Notes: generated by a model from the sequence alone, not told the origin. Shown: positions 9,491 through 22,300, numbered from the stretch's first letter. The stretch: DNA of 64,000 nucleotides from a virus (IMGVR_UViG_3300014204_007089:1-64000); one strand, 5' to 3'. A program made the numbers and translations.

Positions 9491-12400
9491 TTATATTGTT
9501 GTTTTAAATAAACCTTCAACTTCATTGTATCCAATTGTCAATGGTTCATTATTCCATCCAGCCTTTTTTAAATACAGTGTAATAATAATTTTTGTTCTTA
9601 ATTCTGGAATTAATGAGTTACAACTAATATCTTTTACATTCAATGTTAATATTCCAGTAGACTGATCTATATTAACACCAATTGTATTATCAATAATTAT
9701 ACCATAGCCATCTATATCATATCCATCTAAACTTGGATAAATTGATTGAATAGCAACACCAAATCTAATTTGATTCATTAATAAAGCGTCTGATTGAACT
9801 GTTGAACAATCTGCAAATTTAGCTGCACGATATCCGGATTTTGTAAAACCACTATCATTATCATATACTAATTTTTCAAATATATTCAAATTATAACCAT
9901 CATAAAATACTTGTGGTGGTAATTCTAAAGTAATTGTTTGAATTTCTAAATCTTGTTTAAATAAATAACCACTTGTATTTAAAATTTGTCCTTTACCAAT
10001 AATAAGATTATCAGGAATATAAAAATCATTTCTACCAGAAACACAAGATCCGCCAATACTTGTAGTTTCTTGACATATTGAAATTTCAGCAAGGCTTGCA
10101 CAACTGCCAGTTTCACTATTAATATAAGAAGTAGAATTGGTTGGGTAAGTAAATATTGCTGGAACTTGTCTTGCATCACTGCTAAACTGAACAAGATAAT
10201 CTTGCCAAAAAGGCATAGGCTTAATTTTAAATGTTACAGCATTCCAAGGAACTCTTTCAAATGCTGTTGTATTATCAAGTGTAATATCAGGAAGATTATT
10301 ATAACCATAATATTTAAGTTCAATATCTGTTAAAGTTGAAGGATCTGCAATATTATTGTAACCATCAAATGCTATTAAATTATTACAAGTATAATATCCA
10401 TCAAATCTCCCTGTACTATTTTGAACTTCAATTTCAATATGAGTAAAACTCGATGCACCTACAACTAACGTTTCTCGTCTACGATTAACATAGTCTTCAA
10501 TAATTGTTATATCTGAATACGTAATATATCCATCACCATCTACGTCAGCTCTTAATAATTCAAGAGTACTAATATATCCATCTCTAATTAATTCTTGTGT
10601 TGTTATTAATGATAAAGATTGTCCTAATAATTCTATTGCTCTTGCAATATCATATTCATCAATAATTCCATCTCCAAGAACATCACCATACCCATCTACA
10701 CAACTTTTAATTCTAACAATCTTATAATCTAAACTAGCACATCCAGTATCATCTGGAATTAATTTACTACCAATCCATTGTTGAGATTCTATATTAGGAT
10801 CTGGATTAACAATAATATAATGGTTTCCGCGTGCTAATCCTGGATAATATTGCACACCAGTAATTTCTATATTATTCTTAGCATTAATATCTCTTGCACA
10901 TCCTATAACTAAAGGATCTGAAGATTCTCTTAATGTAGCTAATGTTGTATTTGTTACAAAACTAAAACTTGGTTCAAATTTCTGACGAGAATATACTGGA
11001 TTACCAGTTCTTTCATCTTGTTCTTGATCTGATTGCTCCAATATTGCTTCTATAATTGCTGTATTTAATGTATTTTGTCCATTATCAATAAATACATTAT
11101 TATCAAATGAATAATCTACTACAACTCCTAATTCATTTATAGTTGTTTTTAAAATATCTATACCATGACCAGCATCATATGCTTTACCATCAGATACTTT
11201 TGCTGTATCTGTCCATACTTGATACCACATATCTTCTTCAGATACATCGGTCCAATTTCCACTAAATATTGAAAATCTATCATTTATAGAATAACTATTT
11301 CCTATACCAGTAAATAATATACCTGTTGTTGAATCACCAGATCTGTTTATAGAAATAGCATAATATTTACCAGGAATAATTTTAACATTAGATGTACTAC
11401 CAATAAAAGAACCGTTAAATACAAAATCAACTGGTTGTAAAATATCGGTTAAGATATAACCATATTGTTCTAAAGTATCTTTACTTATACTAAGTTGAGT
11501 TATTGGTTCTGGATTTGGCTCAAATTCAATTGCTAATTGTGGTACAAGTTCTGTTGGACAGCTAACAGAACTTTGTAATTCATAAATATTTACTATTAAA
11601 TCACCACTCCAATCAAATACATGATCTATACTTACTGAATCATCTCTTCTAATACCAAGTAATAATGTTATCTTTTGTATATTATTACTTGTAGCTAAAA
11701 ATTTTTGTGCCAAACGTGTTGTAACATCATTTGTTGTTAATTCAATTTCTCTTTTAACAGTAGTATTTATATCTAATGCATCAAAACTATATTCAGATCC
11801 TATTCCAGCCTGAATTGCTTGTGATAATGTTGCAACTGTACCACCTACTATACCTTCAATTACATTTGAAATTCTTAAATCTCTAAAAAAAAGATTAGGT
11901 TCTACATCTTGTGAAATCATAATACAATCACGAGAAAGTTGAAAACTCTTACTTTCTCTTATTATAATTCTACCACCTAGTTTACGAGAACATTTATTAT
12001 TTCCATATACATCATTAAGAAATACGCATAAAATTTTAGTATAATGTTTTTTGGTAACTTGTTTTTCTTTTCTATAAAAATAGAATCTATCATATTGAAG
12101 ATTACCTTGAAAATCTAAACCTATTATAGCAACTTTACTACTAAAACGCCCACCAACAGTGGAAATTCCATTCATATAACCATCATCATCTGAATCAGTT
12201 AATTCAACTTCTAATTGATTTCCTAAAACAGTATCTGTTGAATATTCTATTAATGGACGTAATCCTGTACCATCTAAATCGCAAGAAGCTACTAATGCCA
12301 CTTGATCTGGGAATAAACTATGTGTATCAAAAATAATTTTTTGAATAAAAGATTCTGGTAATACACCAGATCCAAAATGATTTTGTATAATAGATGCATC

Positions 12401-12538
12401 AGTGTTTACATTTCTATCTTGTTCAACAATTAAATCTGTTTGATCCACTCTCTGACCATCATACCAACGATTTTGAATTTTAGATACTTCAGTTCTAGTC
12501 ATAATTTTATTACCTTTATGTGATATAATGTATTCCAA
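9491..12538 (-). CDS. Virion/baseplate-region protein with dockerin-like domain
   Basis: Lies directly after the baseplate genes; paired GDVLGDGIIDEYD / ADVDGDGYITYSD loops; 9 DGY; the true start may be MTRTEV at 12502. Confidence 0.65.
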   Translation of the reverse strand: MEYIISHKGNKIMTRTEVSKIQNRWYDGQRVDQTDLIVEQDRNVNTDASIIQNHFGSGVLPESFIQKIIFDTHSLFPDQVALVASCDLDGTGLRPLIEYSTDTVLGNQLEVELTDSDDDGYMNGISTVGGRFSSKVAIIGLDFQGNLQYDRFYFYRKEKQVTKKHYTKILCVFLNDVYGNNKCSRKLGGRIIIRESKSFQLSRDCIMISQDVEPNLFFRDLRISNVIEGIVGGTVATLSQAIQAGIGSEYSFDALDINTTVKREIELTTNDVTTRLAQKFLATSNNIQKITLLLGIRRDDSVSIDHVFDWSGDLIVNIYELQSSVSCPTELVPQLAIEFEPNPEPITQLSISKDTLEQYGYILTDILQPVDFVFNGSFIGSTSNVKIIPGKYYAISINRSGDSTTGILFTGIGNSYSINDRFSIFSGNWTDVSEEDMWYQVWTDTAKVSDGKAYDAGHGIDILKTTINELGVVVDYSFDNNVFIDNGQNTLNTAIIEAILEQSDQEQDERTGNPVYSRQKFEPSFSFVTNTTLATLRESSDPLVIGCARDINAKNNIEITGVQYYPGLARGNHYIIVNPDPNIESQQWIGSKLIPDDTGCASLDYKIVRIKSCVDGYGDVLGDGIIDEYDIARAIELLGQSLSLITTQELIRDGYISTLELLRADVDGDGYITYSDITIIEDYVNRRRETLVVGASSFTHIEIEVQNSTGRFDGYYTCNNLIAFDGYNNIADPSTLTDIELKYYGYNNLPDITLDNTTAFERVPWNAVTFKIKPMPFWQDYLVQFSSDARQVPAIFTYPTNSTSYINSETGSCASLAEISICQETTSIGGSCVSGRNDFYIPDNLIIGKGQILNTSGYLFKQDLEIQTITLELPPQVFYDGYNLNIFEKLVYDNDSGFTKSGYRAAKFADCSTVQSDALLMNQIRFGVAIQSIYPSLDGYDIDGYGIIIDNTIGVNIDQSTGILTLNVKDISCNSLIPELRTKIIITLYLKKAGWNNEPLTIGYNEVEGLFKTTI

Positions 12539-15500
12539 CTTTTGAAACAGCAGGTTTTAATGCATAAATTAAAGCTTCCAATACTGTACGAATACGTTGA
12601 TCACCTGTTACTATGTTAAAAGAATCAATGATATCAATATCAAATTTAAATATACCATATATAGGATCTTGTATTACTGAAAAATCTTCTGTTTTTTCTA
12701 CAATATTATCAAAATTAAATAAAAATGTAGTAAAAGAATCTTCTACAGATGGATAAATAAATTCTGTATTTGTATTGAAATATACGTCAATTGGTTGTCC
12801 TGATATGATTAAAGGTTCTATTGACCTATTTGAAATCTTTAAATTATCAAATCGTGCTTCTGCTCCAAAATTACCAGCATAATCTTGTCCTAAAGAAAAT
12901 TGCATTATAGTATCAGTAAAGTTTATATCAGCAATATAAACTTTATTTGTAACCCCACCAACTGCAGATTGACCCCAAATTAAACCTTGCCCAAATAACA
13001 AATCACCTTCTCCAAATAATATTATTCCTCTTTCTTCACCATCTATAAACAATCTTAACTCATCTAAATTTGCTGCAGTGTTAAATTTAAATGAAGCTCT
13101 AATCCTATGCCAACTATCTTTTGGCCAAAATATAGGTTGTCTTGTTTGAAATTCTTTTCCTTGTGCTGTTACTGTTAAACATACAAAACCTTCTCCATCT
13201 TTAGAAATAACTATTCTATCTCCTTGTACGTTTGTAGGTATATATGCTACTTTAACTGGAGTATTTTGAAAAGGTAAAGATGTTTTTAATGTTATATTTC
13301 CATCAGTATCAAAAGATCCCCCATTAAAATAATCTATTCCACGTAATTTTGTATCATTTGATAATCTAACATATATAATTTTATCAATTTTACCAGAAAT
13401 TTTCACTTTTCCTTTTGTAATACTGATTACTTCTTCGACAATATTAGCAGCTGCATCAAAATAAATTCTAATATTTGGGTCGTTATAAGTATCAAATCTT
13501 GGACTAATCCAAAATTCTATTAAACCTTCATTAGAAGTATCTAATAAACCTTCATTATTAAATACTAAACCTTTATCTTTTATAACAATACTATGTCCAA
13601 ATTTTGTATTTACACTTTCTCCTGATTGAATATATTCTTTATTAGCAAATTTATACACATCACTATTGTTAATTAAAGGCACACTATTAAAATTAAATAA
13701 TGCTAATGTATCAGAATTTTTAATAAAAGGAGATGTTCTATTAGCATCAGTTGTGATAGAATAATTATTTATGCTAATTGATTCACCAACTCTTGTATCA
13801 GTTAATTGCCTATTTAGAATTCTAAACTCATCTAAAATTGCTCTTGCTGGCTTTTGTAATGTAATATTATTTCCAATTATTCCAACCTGATCTAATGGAT
13901 TAAATGGAACTTCTAGATATGTAGCATAATCAAATTCATACCAACCTGGAGGAATTTTATATTCAGCATTGTGAAAACCAGCTAATTCTAAGAAAAAGAA
14001 TCCGTTTTGAAAACCACTGCGCCCAATACTTATATTATAACAAGTATATGTAACATTTGAAAAAGAACTTCCAACAACACGATCTAATCTAATACTAGTA
14101 TTATCTATTTTTTCTTCTATACTGTAAATGCCTTTTATATTTGAAGGACTTGTAATTTCTAACAAATGTCCAACTTCAGATATTGAAAAGAATCCTAATA
14201 AATCACTTACAATGTCAGATCCATCTCCTTCTAAACTTATTCCAAATTGTGTAGTATATGCATATCTAATAACTGGATAATAATTATTACCATTTGGTTC
14301 TGTGATAGAATATTTTTCTTTTATTTCAATTGCTGTACTATTTAAATATCCATCTAACAAATTATATCCATCTATTGGAGTGGCTTGTACTATTATAGAT
14401 GAAATTTCCATCCATTTACATTGAGTAAATTGCTTAATTGGTGAAGTAAAAATTAAAGATTCAGAATATCCATCATATCCATCTACTATAGATGATAAAC
14501 CATTTATAGTAACATTTACACCAACTTCTAAATCTACATTATCTCCAGTTATTCTTACTTCTAATATTCTACCCTCATTTGGTAAATAACCATCCCATTC
14601 AAAATGATAACCGTCAATTAATACTGTACTAGGTTGAGAATAATTATCTAAATCAGCTAAATAATAACCATCTATAAATATAGAATTATTAAAACCAATT
14701 GGTACCAATGGAAGAATTATAGGTTTAATAATAACATCATCTAGATTTATTGGAGATGGTAACCCTGTCTTTAAAATAGATCCATCACTCCATAAATAAG
14801 AAATATCTCTACATCTTCTATGATTTAATCCAAATGTTTTAATTAAAATAATATCACCAGTTTCAGCATTACCAAGAACTTTTAATATTCTTTGATTTAA
14901 AGCATTTCTTTCAATTGAATATGAAGGAATATCAGCCCTAATTCCTGGAATTTCCGTTTCATATCCATCACTTAATATAAAAACTCCAATATTTTTATAA
15001 ATATCAATTTCTGTATTTACAACAAATGAATATGGATTAACGCTAAATTTGGCATTATTTAATGTTGCTGGCATAGGACTTGATAATTGTAATGTATAAT
15101 TATCAACATTTAATATTGTATATGTATTGAATCCTTGCTCTAATATTTCTATATGATCAGTAGGCACAATTCCCTGTGCCTGAAAATTAATTGTAGTAGA
15201 ATGTACATATTCATCACCTTGAACTGTTATTAAATCAATTCCAACAATTGATTTTGCTGGAACTATACCAACAACTTGTTCTGGAACAATAGTTCTAAAT
15301 CTTTCAGTAGATACTATAGATGGAATGTTACCATAACGAGTATTGTTTGGAGTTTCCAATCCATCTACAAATAAATGCATTTCATCTCTACGATCTGATG
15401 AATTTAAAATCCAACTAATTGCTATATTATGAATTTGTCCTGCTTTCCAATTTTGTACATCTGCACTAACTTGATAAACAGATCTTCTATCTGGTTGTAT

Positions 15501-18500
15501 ATGAGAAAAACCACCACGGTCCCAAACTTCAAATACTAAATACCCTCTTCCATCTTTATATAAAGAAAATCTATTTTGATTCTCATTTGTTCCAAAATCA
15601 AATAAATAATGATCATCATCTGACATAAATTGAATACCATCAAATGAATATCCAGTAATTAAACTATCACTATCATATCCATCTGGACTTGTTAAATCAT
15701 ATCCGTCTAAACGAAATTCAAATTCTACTGATTTAATTCCAGATCTTAATACATCGGTTTCTTCACCTAAATTTTGTATAAATTTTACATCGTAAAAATC
15801 ACCAGAAGTTGTAATTATTCCTGAATATATATAACCATCAGGTCCTGGTACATCTTTTGCTAATATTTTCCATTGTATATTATCTGGATCATAATAAATA
15901 AATATACCAACTGAACTAAATATAGCCGCTGGAACACCCTCTGGATTTTTAATATCATTTCTATTTAATGAAAATATACCATCTTCAATTTCAGGATTAA
16001 AACTATTAGCACCAATAAAAATATTAGAAGATTCTAATTCATAACCATCTCTATATAATTCAAAAGTTAATGTAGCATCATTATCTAAACCATCCCAATT
16101 AGGAATAATGGATAATTCTAAAGTTCCTTCCTCTAATCTAAGGTTATTAGATATTGGAAATGTAACACCATCACCAGAATTAACTACAGACACTCCATAA
16201 TCAAAAATACCAGCAGATAAAGAAGTAATTCCTAAAAATTCTGATATTGCTTTATTCAAATAACTAACACTAAGAGACCAAAATTCAGCTTCTCTTATTC
16301 TAGGGTCTATATGAGTTACACTTGCTATTAATTGTTTAATAGCAGCTGCAGTTGGTCCTTGAGTAAATGTTTGTAATGCACCTTGTAAAATATCTCTATA
16401 TATTTCTCTATCTAATTCTTCATCAAATACTTGTAATTCTTCAATTTGAACTAAAGATCCAAAATTTTCTGTTAATGAATTTCTCAAAGCTCCAACTTTA
16501 TAAGTTACATAATATACATCATTTTCAATTAATGTACGACTCTGTCTAAAATCAATAACATTATCGCCCCACTCATATGTTACTAAAATTTCATCAAGCA
16601 AATATGAATAATCAATAAACAAATCTCCTTTATTATAATCTACTATAGGAGTTGCTCCTCCTTGCATTACAACGGTATATAAAACCGTCACTATATCACC
16701 GACTACAATACCACAATCACTATCTAACCAAATTGTATTATCTGTAATAGAATTAATACTATCAGTAAAAGAATATCCATCACTTATTCTAATTATACTA
16801 TTAACAATTCCAATTTCAATTTCTGGAGCAATAGTAGTTACAACAATTTTTAAATCTCCATCAATAGTTAGTTGCTCTGTCTTAGCAATACCAATACTAT
16901 TTAAAGTTATTATATTTGATTCAAATGTAGCTGATTCAACAAAATTTATAGGATTGTCATTATTGTTTAAATCAAATGCATCATAAATTCCACGTAAACT
17001 TTTAATATCATTAGTTACAATAATTTGATTGCTATCATATATGTATTGTTGTTCTGGATTATTATCAGTATAACGCTCATCAGAAAAATATAATGATATA
17101 GGAGTTGGAATAATTTCTCCTTCATCAAAACTTTCATAATTTAATAATAATGATATACCAAAATTAACATTAATACTAGTATATAATTCTGAAACTGATA
17201 TAACATGAGAATTTTGTGGACTGATTATAGGTTTTTTATAATTAATAGTTCCTAGATTTAAATTTTGATTATTAAAAACTCCAACATATACAATACCTTC
17301 TCTGTAATTAATTTGATAAAAACCAATTCTAATTCTATTAATATTTATTTCTTCTGTTAATTCTTGAGAATCATAATAAATTTCTTGACTGAATACATCA
17401 GTATCACTAAAATTAACACTAGAATTAAAACTTGAACCAATTACATCATCTGTACATCCAATTATATTTTGATTTTGTAATCTAATTTTTAAAATTCTAA
17501 TACTACTAAGATTTATTAATTCTTCTTCTAAAATTAATTGTTCACTAAAAACACTAGTAAATTCTACTCGTTCTCTTTTTATATCTCCAATTCTTGGCGG
17601 TGTTCTAGAATCAAAAAATATTTTATTATCAGTAAATCTTCTTAATGAATAAATTTCACCAGTAGTCTCATTATAAATACGAAACACATCTGTAATAGGT
17701 GCATGTTTTGTATAAAAAGAATCTAAGGAAACTAATTTATTTTCAATTCTTTCATTACGACTTTCAATATGAACATTAGCTTCATAATCAATACCAGGCA
17801 CAAACGTTAATTCATAATTATAATTAATTTTTGCTGTTTTACCAATTAAATATCTAAGAGGTGAAGCTACCACATCTACAAATTCTTCTACATAAGTATA
17901 ATCTAAACGACTGTTATATATTTTTCTACTATAATAATTCATAACTGGAGGAAAATCTCCAGTTCCATCATTATCTATAGCTCCATAAACATATACACGT
18001 CCAGTTTCATAATCAATAGAATATTCTCCAGGTCGTGCTGGTAATCCACCTTCACGATAAGGTAATTCAACAGTAAAAGCCGAATGTGTATTTATAAATG
18101 GAGTTATTGAATAAGGATCTAAAAATTCAACTCCATCATATGTAGATATAACATCTCCAGAAGTTACAATTGGAGCGTTTTGTAATGAAAATACAACAGA
18201 TAATGCTGGAGCACATTCACGTACTACTTCTATAACTTCTACAACTTCTACAGTATTAGCTCCTATTATTTTACCAAGAAATTTAAATTCATAAGAAACA
18301 ATAATAATATCTTGTCCGCCAGGTAATACAAAAGAAGGATCATTTTTAAGATTATCGCTTAATTTTATTTGATTATTTTCTAGTGTTATATATCTTCTAG
18401 CATAAGAAGTATCATATTTAGGATCTTGTATTTGATATCCATATGATCTTATTTCATAATCAAATACATCTCCATTAGAATATTTTATTTGAACACTATT

Positions 18501-19256
18501 CAATTTAGTAATTGGATATCTATTAAGTGTTAATACTAAATCATCATATGTTCCCTTTCCAATTCCTAAAATTAATTCTTCACCTGTTATAGTTTCAGTT
18601 TGTAAAGAAATAGGATTTGAAGGAAATGAATCAAATAACATTGAAGTAGATATAGATGTGTTAGTTGGTTCTCGCCCAACTCTAACTACTTCAAATGCAC
18701 CTTCTTGATTTAATCTATCCCAAGGACCATATCTACGTACCTTTCTCTCATCTTGTATTAACAGTTCTAGATAATTAGCATTTTTAGCTTGTCCTATATC
18801 ATATTTGCATCTGTTAATCATATCAGATGTTTGATTAAGAAATTTTCTAATATTTGATTCACGAGATAAATCGTATACACTATCTTGTCCACCAAGATAA
18901 TCAATAAATATATTTCTTGTTGGATTATAATCGTTTTCAGCACCTAATATTTTAATAGTATTATTTCTACTATCTTCTAATAAAAATTTACTTTCATCTA
19001 AACTTCTAAATGTTACAGAATTTGTAGATGAAAAAATTACATTGTATCGTGAAAATGGTGTATGCGGAAGTGTGTTTATAACAAGTATATCATCTAAAAT
19101 TGATACACTAACAATTTCTATATCTGGAACATTAAATATCTCAGATAATATTTGAATATTTGATGAATTAATATCTAATGCTAAAGGATCAGAAAATCTA
19201 ACCTTTATAGTTCTACTATCAGCTGCATTAATGTTTAGTATTCTAAGATTAGCCAT
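12516..19256 (-). CDS. Large baseplate/peripheral virion protein with LamG/concanavalin-like domains
   Basis: 2246 aa following the baseplate J gene; EGTLELSIIPNW, EGLIEFWISP, WHRIRASF...LFIDG, QGPTAAAIKQLI; 13 DGY. Confidence 0.65.
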   Translation of the reverse strand: MANLRILNINAADSRTIKVRFSDPLALDINSSNIQILSEIFNVPDIEIVSVSILDDILVINTLPHTPFSRYNVIFSSTNSVTFRSLDESKFLLEDSRNNTIKILGAENDYNPTRNIFIDYLGGQDSVYDLSRESNIRKFLNQTSDMINRCKYDIGQAKNANYLELLIQDERKVRRYGPWDRLNQEGAFEVVRVGREPTNTSISTSMLFDSFPSNPISLQTETITGEELILGIGKGTYDDLVLTLNRYPITKLNSVQIKYSNGDVFDYEIRSYGYQIQDPKYDTSYARRYITLENNQIKLSDNLKNDPSFVLPGGQDIIIVSYEFKFLGKIIGANTVEVVEVIEVVRECAPALSVVFSLQNAPIVTSGDVISTYDGVEFLDPYSITPFINTHSAFTVELPYREGGLPARPGEYSIDYETGRVYVYGAIDNDGTGDFPPVMNYYSRKIYNSRLDYTYVEEFVDVVASPLRYLIGKTAKINYNYELTFVPGIDYEANVHIESRNERIENKLVSLDSFYTKHAPITDVFRIYNETTGEIYSLRRFTDNKIFFDSRTPPRIGDIKRERVEFTSVFSEQLILEEELINLSSIRILKIRLQNQNIIGCTDDVIGSSFNSSVNFSDTDVFSQEIYYDSQELTEEININRIRIGFYQINYREGIVYVGVFNNQNLNLGTINYKKPIISPQNSHVISVSELYTSINVNFGISLLLNYESFDEGEIIPTPISLYFSDERYTDNNPEQQYIYDSNQIIVTNDIKSLRGIYDAFDLNNNDNPINFVESATFESNIITLNSIGIAKTEQLTIDGDLKIVVTTIAPEIEIGIVNSIIRISDGYSFTDSINSITDNTIWLDSDCGIVVGDIVTVLYTVVMQGGATPIVDYNKGDLFIDYSYLLDEILVTYEWGDNVIDFRQSRTLIENDVYYVTYKVGALRNSLTENFGSLVQIEELQVFDEELDREIYRDILQGALQTFTQGPTAAAIKQLIASVTHIDPRIREAEFWSLSVSYLNKAISEFLGITSLSAGIFDYGVSVVNSGDGVTFPISNNLRLEEGTLELSIIPNWDGLDNDATLTFELYRDGYELESSNIFIGANSFNPEIEDGIFSLNRNDIKNPEGVPAAIFSSVGIFIYYDPDNIQWKILAKDVPGPDGYIYSGIITTSGDFYDVKFIQNLGEETDVLRSGIKSVEFEFRLDGYDLTSPDGYDSDSLITGYSFDGIQFMSDDDHYLFDFGTNENQNRFSLYKDGRGYLVFEVWDRGGFSHIQPDRRSVYQVSADVQNWKAGQIHNIAISWILNSSDRRDEMHLFVDGLETPNNTRYGNIPSIVSTERFRTIVPEQVVGIVPAKSIVGIDLITVQGDEYVHSTTINFQAQGIVPTDHIEILEQGFNTYTILNVDNYTLQLSSPMPATLNNAKFSVNPYSFVVNTEIDIYKNIGVFILSDGYETEIPGIRADIPSYSIERNALNQRILKVLGNAETGDIILIKTFGLNHRRCRDISYLWSDGSILKTGLPSPINLDDVIIKPIILPLVPIGFNNSIFIDGYYLADLDNYSQPSTVLIDGYHFEWDGYLPNEGRILEVRITGDNVDLEVGVNVTINGLSSIVDGYDGYSESLIFTSPIKQFTQCKWMEISSIIVQATPIDGYNLLDGYLNSTAIEIKEKYSITEPNGNNYYPVIRYAYTTQFGISLEGDGSDIVSDLLGFFSISEVGHLLEITSPSNIKGIYSIEEKIDNTSIRLDRVVGSSFSNVTYTCYNISIGRSGFQNGFFFLELAGFHNAEYKIPPGWYEFDYATYLEVPFNPLDQVGIIGNNITLQKPARAILDEFRILNRQLTDTRVGESISINNYSITTDANRTSPFIKNSDTLALFNFNSVPLINNSDVYKFANKEYIQSGESVNTKFGHSIVIKDKGLVFNNEGLLDTSNEGLIEFWISPRFDTYNDPNIRIYFDAAANIVEEVISITKGKVKISGKIDKIIYVRLSNDTKLRGIDYFNGGSFDTDGNITLKTSLPFQNTPVKVAYIPTNVQGDRIVISKDGEGFVCLTVTAQGKEFQTRQPIFWPKDSWHRIRASFKFNTAANLDELRLFIDGEERGIILFGEGDLLFGQGLIWGQSAVGGVTNKVYIADINFTDTIMQFSLGQDYAGNFGAEARFDNLKISNRSIEPLIISGQPIDVYFNTNTEFIYPSVEDSFTTFLFNFDNIVEKTEDFSVIQDPIYGIFKFDIDIIDSFNIVTGDQRIRTVLEALIYALKPAVSKVGIHYIT

Positions 19257-19348
19257 TAAAAATTCTCTATTAAAAGATATCTATATTATGTTAATATATC
19301 CGTTGGGAAAATTATCAATAGTGAAATACAAAATTTTAATAAAATATA

Positions 19349-22300
19349 CTAACGCAATTCGATTTGTACAGTAACTTCATTAGCTTGAATATATTCATTT
19401 TTATCAGCAGTAATGCTTAATACTCTTCCAGTTTGACCATTTACATTAAATTGTAATACTCTAGCTCTATCAACTCCGCTTATTGTATAAGCTACTGTTA
19501 CAAAATCTGATTCATCAATTGTTGTATTTAGAGTTGTTGCGTTTAATGAATTTGTAATTGAATCTTTAACATTTTGTATAACTACAGAACTAGAATTTTC
19601 ATAACCTTTAGAAACTACTATAGCAATATTAATATTCACTAATTTAGCAATAGATGATTTAGCTAATACATCACCTCCAATAATATTTTTACTAGCTATT
19701 GCAAATGTATTATCATTAATAATTTGATTTTGATTATATCTAATTGTAATTCTTTCATTTGGTTTTGGTGCTAAATAATCATAATATGATGAATATCTAG
19801 TTCCTTGTGCTGGTTGGTTTTGTGGAGCTATAGATAATGTAGATGTATTTTCACCAGAAATAAATCCACTAGCTTTAGAAATAGAATCTATAAATGCAAA
19901 TATTTTTTGAGTATAAAGTGTTCCACTTTTAGTAAATGATATACTTTCAGTTTCTGTATAACCAGATTCTGGACTATTTATAGTTCCAATATAAAATGTT
20001 ACTCTAAAAGCATCTCCAACAACTGGTACAATTGTATTATTATTAATAGTATTTGGTAGTTTAATTTGTACACTAGTTAAAGTAGTATTCTTTAATGATT
20101 CAAATTTTGCAAAATCATTATTTTTAATTTCATAACCAAAAGTATCATATTCATGTTCAACAGCAATTACATCTTTATTAGAATTAATTTGTACTTTTTC
20201 AAATTTAACCAATTTAATAATATTAACATTTAATGGTATCGTTTGATTGCTTGTTAAAGATAATGCAGTTTTAATTAATGACGATAAATTTTGAGTTAAA
20301 CCATTAGCACTTGCTACAAATACACCTTCTATAATTCCTTGCATTGTTGTTCCAGCAATAGTTAATACACCAGGAGAAATAGAACCTGATAGTGTTAATT
20401 TTAATCTAGATGGTGCTAATTTCAAATTTTTCTGAATAATATTTCCATAAGAATAAATATGTGTTGTTGGTTGTGTTCCCGTAATAAAATTACTATTATT
20501 AATAGAAAAAGCATTTCCATTTCTAGTAACTGGTAAATTAGATAATAATACAGATGATAACAATTGTCTTGTATCAGCTAAATAATTTACTTCAACTAAA
20601 TAACCATCAGAAGCATCTGTGTTAGCTGGTAATGTAATCTTATTTGCATTAAAACTTCCACTAACACCATCTTGTGTAAACTTATCTTCAGCATTATACT
20701 TAACTGTTAAATATCCATCGCCAACTTCACCAATAGTATTTGTAGGTAAAAATATTGTAAATGCACTAAAACTTCCATCATTATTAACTGTGTTATAAAG
20801 CTCTGCATTGTCACTATCTCTAATTATAGATATTACATTTAATACAACAGATTCAACAATAACTGCAAGACGATTACTAACTAAAGTAATGTTTACTTCT
20901 TCCTGTGTTGTAAATCTATTAACATTAACAACTGAATTTATATCATGTGTAACATATATTACTTTTTGATTACTAACACCTTCTGATTGTATTGTTGTTT
21001 CTTCTCTTCTAATATTATTAGAATAGCCCCAATCTATACTATCACCTACATTTCTAATATTAAAAGAATTAACTTTATTATCAAAATCCCAATGTGGACT
21101 ATAATCAAATAACCATGTATAATCTACTTGTAAAATATCACTTATAGATGGTAAAGTACTTCCAGATATTAAAATACGTCCAGTTGTATTTTGATCACCA
21201 CCATCAGGGTTTTGATTTGAAACAATATATCTTTCTCCAGTTGTAAAATTAAAAACTCTACTTACAGAATTAACTGGAGAATGTGATAATTGAATATAAG
21301 CTCTATTATTTGATAATAATCTACTATTTTCATTTATAATTTGTAATGATTGTTGTACATTTTTAATTTCAGACACATCAGAAAAACCAGTAGGATCTTG
21401 ACTATTAAATTTTCCTTTGGTAATATCTTCTAATAAATTTCTTACATGATTATCAATCCAACGTAAACGATCAAATCCCCAAACACTGCCAGCATAAGCT
21501 CCATTATCAAATACTAATTCATAATTACCAGATATTCTTCCAATTGTATCTATACTCTTTAGTTTAAAATTAGAACCACTAGAAGATCCTGAAACATCTA
21601 TGATACTTGTTACAGGTTGATTTGGTAATTCTTGATTTAACAGATTGTCAATTCTTCTTCTAGATACAGTTTTATTTTCATCACCATCTATTTGTCCAAG
21701 AACAAAGTCATTTGATATATCAGTTGGATCGTCTTTATTACTATGATCAAAATAAATAAAACTATCAATTATTTCTGTAAGACGATAACCAAAAATATAT
21801 ATATCTACTTTTCCACCAGTTCCTTCTGATATAATTGTTTTTGTACCATCTTCAGCTGTGTATACATCCGTACCATCTCTAGTCATTAAAACATCACCAG
21901 GTCCAACTACAATTGCATCAATTACATCAGGGTCTGCTAAAACTATATTTTTATAACCTGTTTCAGTACCTGTATTAGCACCACTAAATATTCCTAAAAT
22001 TCTACGCTTATATGCAGAATCACTCTCAGATGGAGATCCTCCACCAAAAGAAGCTGCATTTGTAACTCTAGATACTCCAGCTATAGTTGTATTCTTTAAA
22101 GAATATCTAGAAATGTTTCCACCAGAACCAGTAGTTGCACATACCACTAATACTTCAATCGCATATTCATCACTAATTCCAACAAAATCTAAAGCTGCAC
22201 GATTCTTGGAAGCCGTTGCTCTATATGTGTTCTTGTTAGCATATAAAACTGTAGTAGATGTAACTACTGCAAACGACATTCCATTAGAAGCTATTACCAA

